Positions 1-10,101 of a stretch of DNA of 64,000 bases are shown piece after piece. The translations under genes and the position numbers were made by a program. Position 1 is the stretch's first letter. Each line of letters starts with the position of its first letter. This stretch comes from Candidatus Nitrospinota bacterium M3_3B_026. Its GTDB lineage: Bacteria > Nitrospinota_A > UBA7883 > JBPRGF01. The notes below the pieces were generated by a model that saw only the letters and a list, made by a program, of their open reading frames with translations, did not search any database and was not told where the DNA came from. Where the stretch lies: contig JBPRGF010000024.1 of assembly GCA_051418015.1 (NCBI GenBank), positions 32,001-96,000 of the forward strand. The letters run 5' to 3'.

Positions 1-377
1 AAACGGGCATAAAAAATCGCGCAAGCTTATGAGATAAAGATTATTCCAAAAAGATCAGGCCGGCGGTGTGGCCGCCTTCCCGTTTGAAGGATTCAGTGAA
101 TAATGAATTCCTGAAATTACGTTTAAATAGAGTTCCAAGACTGACGCGCCCCGGGTCTCCCCAAGGCCGCGGGGCGAAAGCGCTTCCGGCGCTCCAAGTC
201 GCGTTTCATTAACTATAACACATTTTAATGATGCGCAAGAATAAATAGGCCATGGCGGGCGCAAGCCACCGGTCTTTTGCGCTTGACATGATGGGATGGC
301 GCTTTCGTATCATTACCGTTCGCGCCACGTTTTGCATGAATTTGTATGGAGGTAGCGGCCGCGCGCCGGCCGGATGG

Positions 378-947
378 ATGGCAGCCATGACGATCAAATC
401 GGTTTGCGTATACTGCGCCTCGAGCAGGTCTGTCCCGGGGCCGAAAAGAGAGCTTGCCCGGCGCGTTGGCAAGGGCCTCGCCCGGCGCGGGATGAGGCTC
501 GTATACGGCGGCGCGTCCATAGGCATGATGGGCGAGGTGGCCGACGCGGCCCTTTCCGAGGGCGGGGAGGTGGTGGGCGTCATCCCCGAGGGGCTCATGG
601 CGGCGGAGGTGGCCCACGCGGGGCTGACGGAGCTGATAGTCACGAAGGACATGCACAGCAGGAAGATGGCCATGTTCGAGATGTCCGGCGCTTTCGTCTC
701 CCTTCCCGGCGGGCTGGGCACGCTGGAGGAGACGCTCGAGATCATCACCTGGAAATACCTCGGCATCCATATAAGGCCGGTGATAATCCTGAACCACGGC
801 GGCTTTTTCGACGATTTGCTGGCCCAGTTCGCAAGGTGCCGCAGAGAGGGCGTCATGCGCGAAGGGCTTGAGGGCCTGTGGCGGGTTTGTGGTAGCGTGG
901 AGGAGGCGCTGGAGGCGCTGGCGCCCGGGTTTTCCGGAAAAGTGTGA
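378..947 (+). CDS. LOG family protein (TIGR00730-type nucleotide 5'-monophosphate phosphoribohydrolase)
   Basis: SVCVYCASS, LVYGG..G.MG, MHSRK and PGGLGTLEE motifs. Start moved to in-frame ATG 378 (387 also possible). Confidence 0.9.
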   Translation: MAAMTIKSVCVYCASSRSVPGPKRELARRVGKGLARRGMRLVYGGASIGMMGEVADAALSEGGEVVGVIPEGLMAAEVAHAGLTELIVTKDMHSRKMAMFEMSGAFVSLPGGLGTLEETLEIITWKYLGIHIRPVIILNHGGFFDDLLAQFARCRREGVMREGLEGLWRVCGSVEEALEALAPGFSGKV

Positions 948-988
948 AAACGTCTTTCAGCCGTGGCGGCCAGGGTTTATATTACTTC

Positions 989-1017
989 TTGACAGCCGGA
1001 TCGCTTGTGGCTAAGTA
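989..1017 (+). promoter_or_regulatory. possible sigma70 promoter for the activator/dehydratase fusion gene
   Basis: TTGACA at 989-994, 17-nt spacer, weak -10 (TAAGTA), in an AT-rich intergenic region. Confidence 0.35.
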
Positions 1018-1132
1018 ATATTGGAGATTATATAATATCGCCTGCTGGCAAGCTTTTTTCGCATGTCCGGCTCAATCCAATGGATAGAAGGTTCATAACA
1101 CGCGGAACGTTTTATTTTTTTCGGGGGTGGTT

Positions 1133-4100
1133 ATGAGTGAGCCTCGCGGGGAGAAGGTCTGGCTTGGCCTCGACATAGGGTCGGTTTCCGTAAAGGGGGC
1201 GGCCGTCGACGCCGGAAACAACATTCTGAAGACCGTGTACACTCGCTCGAGCGGTCAGCCCGTGAACACCACCATAAGAGTCCTCAAGGAGCTCCTGGAC
1301 GCCGTGGATGGCCGCGAGGTGGGACGCCTTGGGGTCACGGGGACGGCCGGGGAGCTCATAAGCTCGCTCACCGGCGGCGTTTTCATAAACGAGATAGTCG
1401 CCCAGTCCAGGACCGTCGCCACGCTGTATCCCCACGTCAGGACGCTGGTGGAGATGGGGGGGGAAGACTCAAAGCTTCTTTTCTTCAAGGAGGAAGAGGG
1501 CGAGACGGTCCTGGAGGACTTTTCGATGAACAACCTGTGCGCCGCCGGAACGGGGAGCTTCCTGGACCAGCAGGCGAGCAGGATGGGCTACAGCATCGAG
1601 GGCGAGTTCGGCCAAATGGCCCTGAAGTCCAAAAAGCCGCCCAGGATAGCCGGGCGCTGCTCCGTCTTCGCCAAGTCGGACATGATCCACCTGCAGCAGA
1701 TAGGCGCGCCGGACTACGACATCATCGCCGGTCTGTGCTACGCCGTCGCCCGCTCGTTCAAGGGGAACGTGGGGCGGGGCAAGAAGTTTGAAAAACCCGT
1801 CGCCTTTTTCGGCGGCGTGGCCTCCAACGCGGGCGTGGTGGCCGCTCTGGCGGACGAACTGGAGATAGGGCTGGACGAGCTTTTCATCCCGCCCGAGAAG
1901 GCCGTGACGGGGGCCATAGGCTCCGCCCTCGCCTCCAGGGAGGAGGTCGGGGAGTTCGAGTTCAGGGGTGTGGAGGGCCTTTCGAACTACCAGGCCGCCC
2001 GCGACGCCGCCCGCGCGGTCATGAAGCCGCTGACCGGCGAAAAGAATGACGAAAGCTACACCACCCACACCAGGCGTCTCAACGGCGGGCCGGAGAAGAC
2101 GCCCTGCTACATAGGGATAGACATAGGGAGCCTGTCCACGAACGTCGTGGCCGTGGACAAGGACCTGAACGTCCTGGCGCGCCGCTACCTGCGAACCCAG
2201 AGCAGGCCGATCCAGGCCGTGACGCGGGGGCTCAAGGAAATCGGGGACGAGATAGGCGGCAGAGTCGAGGTCCTGGGCGTTGGGACCACCGGCTCCGGCC
2301 GCTACATGATCGGCGATTTTGTCGGGGCGGACGTCGTGCGCAACGAGATCACCGCCCAGGCCACGGCCGCCATCCATTTCGTCCCGGGCGTGGACACCAT
2401 CTTCGAGATAGGCGGGCAGGACTCGAAGTATATCTCCGTGGAGAACGGGGCGGTGGTGGACTTCGAGATGAACAAGGTCTGCGCCGCGGGGACGGGCTCT
2501 TTCATCGAGGAGCAGGCCGAGAAGATCGACCTGAACATCGAGAAGGAGTTTTCGGACACAGCGTTCCGGTCCGGCGCGCCCGGCAAGTTCGGCGATCGGT
2601 GCACGGTGTTCATGGAATCCGACCTGGTCTCCAACCAGCAGAAAGGCATGAGCAAGGAAGACCTCGCCGCCGGGCTGGCCTATTCCATCGTCTCCAACTA
2701 CATAAACCGCGTGGTGGGCCACAGGAGGATCGGGCAGAGGATCCTTTTCCAGGGCGGCGTGGCCTGGAACAAGGCCGTGGTGTCCGCCTTCGAGGCCATT
2801 ACCGGAAAGAAGGTGGAGGTGCCGCCGCATCACGACGTCACCGGCGCGATCGGCGCGGCGATGATCGCCCGCAAGCATCACGAAAAGTCGGGGTTCAGGG
2901 CGCCGACCGCGTTCAAGGGGTTCGACCTTACACGGCGCAAGTACAAGGTGACCACCTTCGAGTGCAAGGCGTGCGAGAACGTCTGCGACGTCTCCCGCGT
3001 GAAGTTCGACGGCGAGGCCAGCTACTACGGCGCGCGCTGCGAGCTTTTCGAGAAGGGGGCGAAAAAGAAAAAGAGCGAAAAGGAGACGCTCCCGGACCTT
3101 TTCGCCGAGCGGGAGAGAATGATCTTCGGCGATTACCTGGACAGGAAAAAACCCGGGCGGGACGGCAGGCCCGTCGTGGGCGTCCCCCGGGCGCTTTTCG
3201 GCTACGAGTTGTTCCCGTTCTGGAGCGCGCTGCTGGAGGAGCTGGGGGTGGAAGTGATCCTCTCCGGCAGGACGAGCCAGAGAGTGATCCGCGACTCCAT
3301 CGAGAAGGTGAAGGCGGAGACGTGTTTCCCGGTGAAGATCGTCCATGGTCACGTTGCAGACCTGGTGGACAAGGGGGTGGACTACATCTTCCTTCCGTCG
3401 ATAATCACCGCCAACGAAAAGGGCACGAAGTTCCGGCAGAGCCACACCTGCCCCATGGTGCAGTCGATACCGTTCGTCATAAAGGCCGCCATGGACGTGG
3501 GACGGTCCGGAGCGAAGCTGCTGGAGCCGGCCGTCCATTTCCAGCGCGGCGATGATTTCGTCGCCCGGGAGCTTGCGGACATGTTCAAGAAGGAGTTCGG
3601 GACGCCGTTCAGGAAGGTGAAGACCGCGGTCAAAAAGGCCCGCGCGGCCCAGAACAGGTTCTATGCCGGGCTCAAAAAGCGCGGCCGCGAGGTGATGGAC
3701 GAGGTGAAGGCGAAGGGAGGGCGGCCCGTGGTCATAATAAGCCGCCCCTACAACGGCTGCGACTCCGGGATCAACCTCGACCTTCCCCGGAAGCTGAAGG
3801 AAATGGGCAAAGTGGCCGTCCCCATGGACTGCCTGGAGCTTTCGGAGGATTCCGTCATTCGCACGAACCCGGATATGTACTGGCGCTCCGGGCAGAGGAT
3901 GCTCGCCGCCGCGGACGTCATCCGGGAGGACTCCGGACTCGACGCGATATTCATATCCAACTTCAAATGCGGGCCGGATTCATTCATCCAGTACCACCTG
4001 CGCGAGAAGCTCGGCGGCAAGCCCGTCCTGAGCCTCGAGCTGGACGAGCATTCCGCCGATGCAGGCGCCGTGACAAGGCTGGAGGCCTTCTTTGACAGCC

Positions 4101-5464
4101 TGGAGAACGTGGACACCGTGAAATTCGCGAAAAAGAAGCTCTCCGCCGAGGCCGCTGTCGCGCGCTCCGGCGCCGGGGCCAACGGGAACGGGGCGAAGAC
4201 CCGCGCCGCCGGGACGAACGGAAGGAACGGAAGGAACGGAAGGAACGGGAAGAGCGGCTACGGGCGCGTCCTTTACCTGCCTTACATGTGCGACCATGGC
4301 TACATTCTCGCCGCGGCGCTTCGCAAGTCCGGGATCGCCGCCGAGGCGCTGCCTGTCTCCGACCAGGAGTCGCTGGACATCGGGCTTCGCTTCTCCAGCG
4401 GCAAGGAGTGCATCCCCTACGCCATAACCACCGGCGACATCGTGAAGAAGACCCGGGAGAAGGGGTTCGATCCGGACGGGTCCGCCTTCTTCATGCCGAC
4501 GACCAGCGGGCCCTGCCGGTTCGGCCAGTACCAGAGCACGCAGCGGCTGGCGCTGGACAGCCTGGGGCTCTCAAAGGTTCCCCTCCTTTCGCCGGACGGG
4601 GACAAAGGCTATGACGAGAGCAAGGAGCTCGGTCTTTCCGTGAGCTTTCGCAGGGACACCTGGCGGGGCGTTGTGGTGGTGGACATCCTGCAGAAGCTCT
4701 TGCATGAGACGCGGCCTTACGAGGTGAACAAGGGCGAGACGGAGAGTGTGTACCAGGAGCTGCTGGACGAGACGGCGAGGATAGTGGAGCGCGGCAGCGC
4801 AGGGCTGTTCGAGTTCGTCAACGTGATCCGGGACAGGTTCCGCGCCATCCCGGTGGAGAAGGTCCGCCGCCCCGTCATAGGAGTCCTGGGGGAGATATAC
4901 ATGCGGAGCCACCGCTTCGGCAACCGGGACATAATCCGGAGGATCGAGGACCTCGGCGGGGAGGCGTGGCTTTCGCCCATCGGGGAGTGGATTTTGTACT
5001 GCACCGACAGGTACATAGCCAACTCCTGGAAGGACAAAAAATATCTTGACCTGTTCAAGGGTTACATGCAGGATAGAATCCAGAAAAAAGAGGAGCGCCG
5101 GCTCTACGAACCGTTCCGCGACACCCTGGTCAACGGGGAGGACGCGGCCACGTCCGAGATACTTAAAAACGCCTCGCCCTACATGAGCGATGCGTTCGAG
5201 GGGGAGGCGATATTGAGCGTCGGCAAGGCCGTGGAGTTCGCCGAGCGCGGTCTTTCCGGCGTGGTGAATATCATGCCGTTCACCTGCATGCCCGGGACGA
5301 TCGTGGCGGCCATATCCAAAAAGGTCCGCGAGGATTATAATAATATCCCCTGGCTGAACCTGGATTACGACGGTGTGGAAGACACCGGCTCCCAGGTTCG
5401 CCTGGAGGCTTTCATGTACCAGGCGTCGCAATACGGCGCGCAGGTTAAAGAATCTGTGGTTTGA
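1133..5464 (+). CDS. CoA-substrate-specific enzyme activase (two ASKHA activator domains) fused to DUF2229/2-hydroxyacyl-CoA dehydratase-like domains; PlsA-PlsR/Ger-like ether lipid synthase architecture
   Basis: Two activator modules (GLDIGSVS..GGEDSK..CAAGTGSF..RCSVF and GIDIGSLS..GGQDSK..CAAGTGSF..RCTVF), CKACENVC linker, ETCFPVK, NFKCGPD, ELDEHS, ECIP, GPCRFGQY, PFTCMPG. Confidence 0.88.
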   Translation: MSEPRGEKVWLGLDIGSVSVKGAAVDAGNNILKTVYTRSSGQPVNTTIRVLKELLDAVDGREVGRLGVTGTAGELISSLTGGVFINEIVAQSRTVATLYPHVRTLVEMGGEDSKLLFFKEEEGETVLEDFSMNNLCAAGTGSFLDQQASRMGYSIEGEFGQMALKSKKPPRIAGRCSVFAKSDMIHLQQIGAPDYDIIAGLCYAVARSFKGNVGRGKKFEKPVAFFGGVASNAGVVAALADELEIGLDELFIPPEKAVTGAIGSALASREEVGEFEFRGVEGLSNYQAARDAARAVMKPLTGEKNDESYTTHTRRLNGGPEKTPCYIGIDIGSLSTNVVAVDKDLNVLARRYLRTQSRPIQAVTRGLKEIGDEIGGRVEVLGVGTTGSGRYMIGDFVGADVVRNEITAQATAAIHFVPGVDTIFEIGGQDSKYISVENGAVVDFEMNKVCAAGTGSFIEEQAEKIDLNIEKEFSDTAFRSGAPGKFGDRCTVFMESDLVSNQQKGMSKEDLAAGLAYSIVSNYINRVVGHRRIGQRILFQGGVAWNKAVVSAFEAITGKKVEVPPHHDVTGAIGAAMIARKHHEKSGFRAPTAFKGFDLTRRKYKVTTFECKACENVCDVSRVKFDGEASYYGARCELFEKGAKKKKSEKETLPDLFAERERMIFGDYLDRKKPGRDGRPVVGVPRALFGYELFPFWSALLEELGVEVILSGRTSQRVIRDSIEKVKAETCFPVKIVHGHVADLVDKGVDYIFLPSIITANEKGTKFRQSHTCPMVQSIPFVIKAAMDVGRSGAKLLEPAVHFQRGDDFVARELADMFKKEFGTPFRKVKTAVKKARAAQNRFYAGLKKRGREVMDEVKAKGGRPVVIISRPYNGCDSGINLDLPRKLKEMGKVAVPMDCLELSEDSVIRTNPDMYWRSGQRMLAAADVIREDSGLDAIFISNFKCGPDSFIQYHLREKLGGKPVLSLELDEHSADAGAVTRLEAFFDSLENVDTVKFAKKKLSAEAAVARSGAGANGNGAKTRAAGTNGRNGRNGRNGKSGYGRVLYLPYMCDHGYILAAALRKSGIAAEALPVSDQESLDIGLRFSSGKECIPYAITTGDIVKKTREKGFDPDGSAFFMPTTSGPCRFGQYQSTQRLALDSLGLSKVPLLSPDGDKGYDESKELGLSVSFRRDTWRGVVVVDILQKLLHETRPYEVNKGETESVYQELLDETARIVERGSAGLFEFVNVIRDRFRAIPVEKVRRPVIGVLGEIYMRSHRFGNRDIIRRIEDLGGEAWLSPIGEWILYCTDRYIANSWKDKKYLDLFKGYMQDRIQKKEERRLYEPFRDTLVNGEDAATSEILKNASPYMSDAFEGEAILSVGKAVEFAERGLSGVVNIMPFTCMPGTIVAAISKKVREDYNNIPWLNLDYDGVEDTGSQVRLEAFMYQASQYGAQVKESVV
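4217..4248 (+). repeat. in-frame 9-bp tandem repeat (AACGGAAGG)x3.5 encoding NGRNGRNGRNG in an interdomain linker
   Basis: Read directly: aacggaagg aacggaagg aacggaagg aacgg. Confidence 0.9.
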
Positions 5465-5474
5465 TCGTTGTTAA

Positions 5475-5741
<267 letters not shown>

Positions 5742-5780
5742 CGGCGGGTTTTCGCGGCTCTCGCGGCCGCGGTAACGAAG

Positions 5781-5824
5781 ACTCCCCGCTCGCACGCCGC
5801 GGCGGGGAGTTCAAGTTATCTTTC
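5781..5824 (+). terminator. candidate intrinsic terminator hairpin after the ferredoxin
   Basis: ACTCCCCGC (5781-5789) and GCGGGGAGT (5802-5810) form a perfect 9-bp stem, followed by a loosely T-rich tract. Confidence 0.45.
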
Positions 5825-5867
5825 CGCGGATCCGATATTCCGTTTATACGATGATTGGAGCCCGGAG

Positions 5868-6119
5868 ATGGATTTGTCGTTGCTGGGGGACGCCATAAGG
5901 CTGGTCATGGCCGCCGAGTACGCCTTCGCGGCCGTGGCCGGCGCGGCGGCGGCGGTTCACGTTGTCGCCATGGACGCCGAGCTGAGAAAACACGCCAGGG
6001 AGCAAAAACAGATGCTGGACGGGTTCCGCGAGGCGATGGAGGCGAAGGCCGCCGAAAGAGAAAGCAAACGCCGGGCCCGCCTGGCGGCGGCTATAGCGGC
6101 CGAGATCGGCGGCGCTTGA
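5868..6119 (+). CDS. small hypothetical protein (hydrophobic N-terminus, charged helical C-terminus)
   Basis: 83-aa ORF with GGAG upstream, ending 10 nt before the DUF192 gene. Confidence 0.55.
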   Translation: MDLSLLGDAIRLVMAAEYAFAAVAGAAAAVHVVAMDAELRKHAREQKQMLDGFREAMEAKAAERESKRRARLAAAIAAEIGGA

Positions 6120-6129
6120 GGCTCCCCGA

Positions 6130-6576
6130 ATGAAACGCGCCTCGGCCAGGGCTCTTGGCGCCCTCCTGGCCTTCGCCCTCGTCCATCCGCAGGCGGCCGT
6201 GGCGGCGGCGGTCTCGTTCACCGAGGCCGATGATCCAGTGACCATCACCGTGGAGCTTGCCACGACACCGGAGCGGTGGGCGAGGGGCCTGATGTTCCGC
6301 GAGTCTTTGGCGCCCGGCTCCGGCATGTTCTTCATCTTCCCGCGGGAGGAGCGCAGGACTTTCTGGATGAAGAACGTTCGTTTTCCCCTGGATATCATCT
6401 TTCTGGACAGCGGGTACGTGATAAGAAATATCTTCGAGTCCGCTCCCCCTTGCGCCGCCGAGCCCTGCGAGCGGTACCGTTCCGGCTCCCCAGCGCGCTA
6501 CGTCCTGGAGACGCCGGGTGGTTTTTGCGCCAGTCACGGCGTGCGGGAGGGGCAGAAAGTGGAGTTCGAAAGATGA
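6130..6576 (+). CDS. DUF192 domain exported protein
   Basis: Signal peptide; VELATTP..RGLMFRE..GMFFIF..FWMKNVRFPLDIIF..YVLE motif set. Confidence 0.9.
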   Translation: MKRASARALGALLAFALVHPQAAVAAAVSFTEADDPVTITVELATTPERWARGLMFRESLAPGSGMFFIFPREERRTFWMKNVRFPLDIIFLDSGYVIRNIFESAPPCAAEPCERYRSGSPARYVLETPGGFCASHGVREGQKVEFER

Positions 6577-6866
6577 AAAAGACTCTGGCGGCTCTGGCCG
6601 TCCTTTTCGCGTTTGCGCTTTTTTCAGGTTGCGCCACGCCGTCCCTGGGCGTGGAGCATCCCCACGCCATCACCGGAGAGAAGGTCGGCAAGGTAAAGAC
6701 AGGCGCCACCACCCGCGACGACCTGGACAGGATGTTCGGGGAACCGGAGATGAAGATACCCACACCCGAGGGGGTGAGCTATTTCTACAAGGATCTCAAC
6801 CTCAACTCGTTCTGGGCGCTTTTCAGCGACGACTGGATACTGATCGACTACGAGTGGTCGGACTGA
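6573..6866 (+). CDS. small lipoprotein, SmpA/OmlA (BamE)-like
   Basis: ATG overlaps the upstream TGA; lipobox FSGC; VKTGATTRDDLDRMFGEP pattern. Confidence 0.7.
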   Translation: MKKTLAALAVLFAFALFSGCATPSLGVEHPHAITGEKVGKVKTGATTRDDLDRMFGEPEMKIPTPEGVSYFYKDLNLNSFWALFSDDWILIDYEWSD

Positions 6867-6978
6867 CGCGGTTTTTCGCGCCTTGTTTCCCCCCTGCTTG
6901 ACATCGCAAGCCGATGATTTTATGAATACATTTGATCAGAGCCTGAAGGTTATGTTTTTCCAGTTCCGGTGAATAGCC

Positions 6979-7962
6979 TTGATTAAAGCTGAGAACCTGA
7001 CGAAGCGGTACGGCGCCGTGACCGCCGTCGATAACATCACCTTCGAGATCGAAAAGGGGGAGATCGTCGGCTTCCTGGGGCCGAACGGCGCGGGGAAGAC
7101 CTCCACCATGCGCGTCCTCACTGGCTTCATGCCCCCCACGGAGGGGAGAGTGACCGTGGCCGGGTACGACGTGTTGAGGGATACCCTGCAGGTCAAGCGG
7201 CGGATAGGCTACCTGCCGGAGTCCACGCCCCTTTACACGGACATGTGCGTGGCGGAGTACCTTGACTTCGTCGGCGAGGTGAAGGGCCTGGGGCGCGCGG
7301 CGAGAAAGCGCAAGGTGGCCGAGGTCATGGACGCCGCGCACGTGGCGAACAGGGCCGGGTCGCTCATCGGGACGCTCTCCAAGGGATACCGCCAGCGGGT
7401 GGGGCTCGCCCAGGCGCTTATAAACGACCCGGAGGTTCTTGTCCTGGACGAGCCGACCATCGGCCTGGACCCGATGCAGATAACCGACATCCGCTCGCTG
7501 ATAAAGGAGCTTTCCGGCAGGCGCACGGTGATCCTGTCGAGCCACATCCTCCCCGAGGTGCAGATGATCTGCTCCCGGGTGATGATAATCAACAACGGCA
7601 GGCTCGTGGCCGCCGACACGACGGAGAACCTCGCCGGCAGGTTCAAAAGCGGCGGACGGTTCGTGGTGAAGCTCGAGGCGCCCGTGACCGAGGCGAGGGA
7701 GGCCATCGAAAGGCTCCCCGGCGTGGAGGGCGTCACCCTGGGAGAGGCTCCGGCGGACGCGGGGGAAGGGGAGGCGCTCGTCATCTACAACGTGGACACC
7801 ACCGGCGGCAAAGAGCCCAGAAAGGCCCTTGTGCGCCTCGTGGCGGAGAAGGGGTGGGACCTGGTGGAGCTTGCGGAGCCTTCGCTTTCCCTCGAGGAGG
7901 TATACATCAAGCTTGTCACCGAGGAGGGCGCCCCGGCGCGCGGGGAGGAGGCGTCATCATGA
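6979..7962 (+). CDS. ABC transporter ATP-binding protein (GldA-like)
   Basis: Walker A GPNGAGKT, signature LSKGYRQR, Walker B VLDEPT, H-loop SSH. Confidence 0.95.
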   Translation: MIKAENLTKRYGAVTAVDNITFEIEKGEIVGFLGPNGAGKTSTMRVLTGFMPPTEGRVTVAGYDVLRDTLQVKRRIGYLPESTPLYTDMCVAEYLDFVGEVKGLGRAARKRKVAEVMDAAHVANRAGSLIGTLSKGYRQRVGLAQALINDPEVLVLDEPTIGLDPMQITDIRSLIKELSGRRTVILSSHILPEVQMICSRVMIINNGRLVAADTTENLAGRFKSGGRFVVKLEAPVTEAREAIERLPGVEGVTLGEAPADAGEGEALVIYNVDTTGGKEPRKALVRLVAEKGWDLVELAEPSLSLEEVYIKLVTEEGAPARGEEASS

Positions 7963-8732
7963 CCGCGCTGGCCGTGATGAAAAGGGAGTTGAAGGCCTAT
8001 TTCTACTCTCCCATAGCCTACGCCGTGATGGTGATATTCCTTGTGATCTCGGGGTATTTTTTCTACTCCGGCATGACCTTCTACGGCGTGGCAAGCTTCG
8101 ATATGAGCCGCATGGCCCAGTTCACCGGCCAGCAGGAGTTGAGCCTTTCGGACTACGTTCTGCGGCCGCTTTTCGGGAACATGGCGGTTGTGCTGTTGCT
8201 GATGGCGCCGCTTCTCACGATGCGGCTTTTCTCCGAGGAGAAAAAAAGCGGCTCCATAGAGCTTCTTTTCACCTGGCCCATAAAGGACGGCGAGCTTCTG
8301 GTTGGCAAGTTCCTGGCCGCCGCCTCGGTCCTGGCCGTCATGCTGGCCGCCACCTGCGTCTACCTCGGGTTTGTCGCCTATTACGCCGCGATCCCATGGG
8401 GGGAGATAGCGGCGGGCTACCTGGGGCTTTTCCTGCTGGGGGCGGCGTTTATCTCGCTGGGGATATTCATATCCACGATGACCGAAAACCAGATCATCTC
8501 CGCCGCGGTTACCTTCGGCGCGCTGCTGATATTCTGGCTGATCGGGTGGACGGCGGGGGACAAGACGGACGCCTTCTCGGAGACGCTGAAGTACCTGTCC
8601 ATCCTGGAACATTTCGACCCTTTCACCAAGGGGCTTATCGACACCAGGGGTATCGTCTATTACCTGTCGTTCGCGTTCGTCTTCCTCTTCCTGACGATGA
8701 GGTCGCTGGAGTCGAACAAGTGGAGGGGGTAG
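7959..8732 (+). CDS. ABC-2 type permease (GldF-like)
   Basis: KRELKAYFYSPIAY, TMRLFSEEKKSGSIELL, multiple TM helices; ATG overlaps the upstream stop. Confidence 0.9.
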   Translation: MTALAVMKRELKAYFYSPIAYAVMVIFLVISGYFFYSGMTFYGVASFDMSRMAQFTGQQELSLSDYVLRPLFGNMAVVLLLMAPLLTMRLFSEEKKSGSIELLFTWPIKDGELLVGKFLAAASVLAVMLAATCVYLGFVAYYAAIPWGEIAAGYLGLFLLGAAFISLGIFISTMTENQIISAAVTFGALLIFWLIGWTAGDKTDAFSETLKYLSILEHFDPFTKGLIDTRGIVYYLSFAFVFLFLTMRSLESNKWRG

Positions 8733-8733
8733 C

Positions 8734-10101
8734 ATGAGGCGACGTCTGGCGCTCGGCTCCAACACCGTGGTTTTCGCCGCGGTGGTGGTGGGGATCGTTG
8801 TCGTGTTGAACTTCGTCTCCGCGGAGCATTACAAAAAGTTCGACATGACCTCGGCGGAGGTGTACACCCTCTCACCGCAAAGCAAAAAAGCCCTCGCCGC
8901 CCTCGAGGAGGACATGACGATATACGCCTTCGTCAGGCCGGAGAACAGGCGCGCCTTCCTCGACCTGCTCGACCAGTACGCCTACGGATCCGGCAGGGTG
9001 ACCCTGGAGGCCGTCGACCCGGACAAAAGGCCCGGCCTCGCCCGCAGGCTCAAGGTCCAGAACTACGGGACCATCGTTGTGGAGACGGCCTCGGGCCGTA
9101 GGGAGACGACGGAGGAGCTTTCGGAAGAGGCGGTGACGAACGCCATCATCAACGCGTCCACCGCTGATGTGAAGAAGATATACGTCCTCACCGGCCACGA
9201 GGAAAGGCCGCTGGACGACGAAAACCCCCTCGGCTGGTCGGCGGCCCGCGAGGCGCTGGAGGCGGCCGCCTACGAGGTGGAGAGTTTGGACTGGTTCTCC
9301 ACCGGCGGGATACCGGAGGACGCTGACCTGCTGATAATCCCCGGCCCGAAAAGCGATTTTCGCAAAGAGGAGATAGACCAGCTGAGAGAAAGGCTTGAGG
9401 CGGGCGGCGCGACCTTCATAACGCTCGATCCCGGACGGCTTGAGAACATCGAAAAACTCCTGGCCGGGTACGGGTTCCTGCTGCATGACGACATGGTGCT
9501 CGACCCTCTGAGCCAGCGGCTTGGGTTCGACCCGCTCGTGGCGACGGTCACGAAATACGAAAGCCACCCCGTGGTGGAAGGCTTCCGGGCGGCGACGTTT
9601 TTTCCCGTGGCGCGCTCCATGGATCTCAAAAGCAACCCCTCCAGGGATGTGAAGGCGATCGGGCGGACGGGCGTCCAGAGCTGGGGCGAGACGGACGTCG
9701 ATTCCATCGAGCAGGGGAGCCCTGAGTACAGGGAGGGGGACGACCTGCCCGGCCCCAGGGTCATAGCCGCCTCGGCGGAGTGGGAGACGGGCCCGCCGAA
9801 GGAGGAGCGGAAAATCGGCGAGAAGGTCAAAAAGGCCCGGTTTGTCGTGGTGGGGGATTCTGACTTCGCCGCGAACTCCACCCTCGGGTTCTCCGGCAAC
9901 AAGGATCTTTTCCTGAACATCGCGGGATGGCTGCTGGAGCAGGAGGAGCGCGTCTCCATACGGCCGAAGACAAGAGGCTTCAACCCGATAATGTTCACCT
10001 CCGGGGAGCTTAAGCTCATATTCTGGGTGACGGTGGTGGCCGTTCCCGCGCTCGTCGTCGCGGCCGGCGTGGCGGTCAGGATAATCAGGAGGAGGGCTTG
10101 A
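8734..10101 (+). CDS. GldG-family ABC auxiliary protein
   Basis: N-terminal TM, DMTS..YTLS, LTGHEE, VVVGDSDF..N..N.DLFLN, C-terminal TM. Confidence 0.88.
   Translation: MRRRLALGSNTVVFAAVVVGIVVVLNFVSAEHYKKFDMTSAEVYTLSPQSKKALAALEEDMTIYAFVRPENRRAFLDLLDQYAYGSGRVTLEAVDPDKRPGLARRLKVQNYGTIVVETASGRRETTEELSEEAVTNAIINASTADVKKIYVLTGHEERPLDDENPLGWSAAREALEAAAYEVESLDWFSTGGIPEDADLLIIPGPKSDFRKEEIDQLRERLEAGGATFITLDPGRLENIEKLLAGYGFLLHDDMVLDPLSQRLGFDPLVATVTKYESHPVVEGFRAATFFPVARSMDLKSNPSRDVKAIGRTGVQSWGETDVDSIEQGSPEYREGDDLPGPRVIAASAEWETGPPKEERKIGEKVKKARFVVVGDSDFAANSTLGFSGNKDLFLNIAGWLLEQEERVSIRPKTRGFNPIMFTSGELKLIFWVTVVAVPALVVAAGVAVRIIRRRA

Noticed and set aside
1133..5464. Assignment as benzoyl-CoA reductase or amino-acid-fermentation dehydratase
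   Set aside because: Those systems are multi-gene with CoA-transferases or ring-cleavage neighbours, none of which are here. The single-chain domain order fits the Pls/Ger type.
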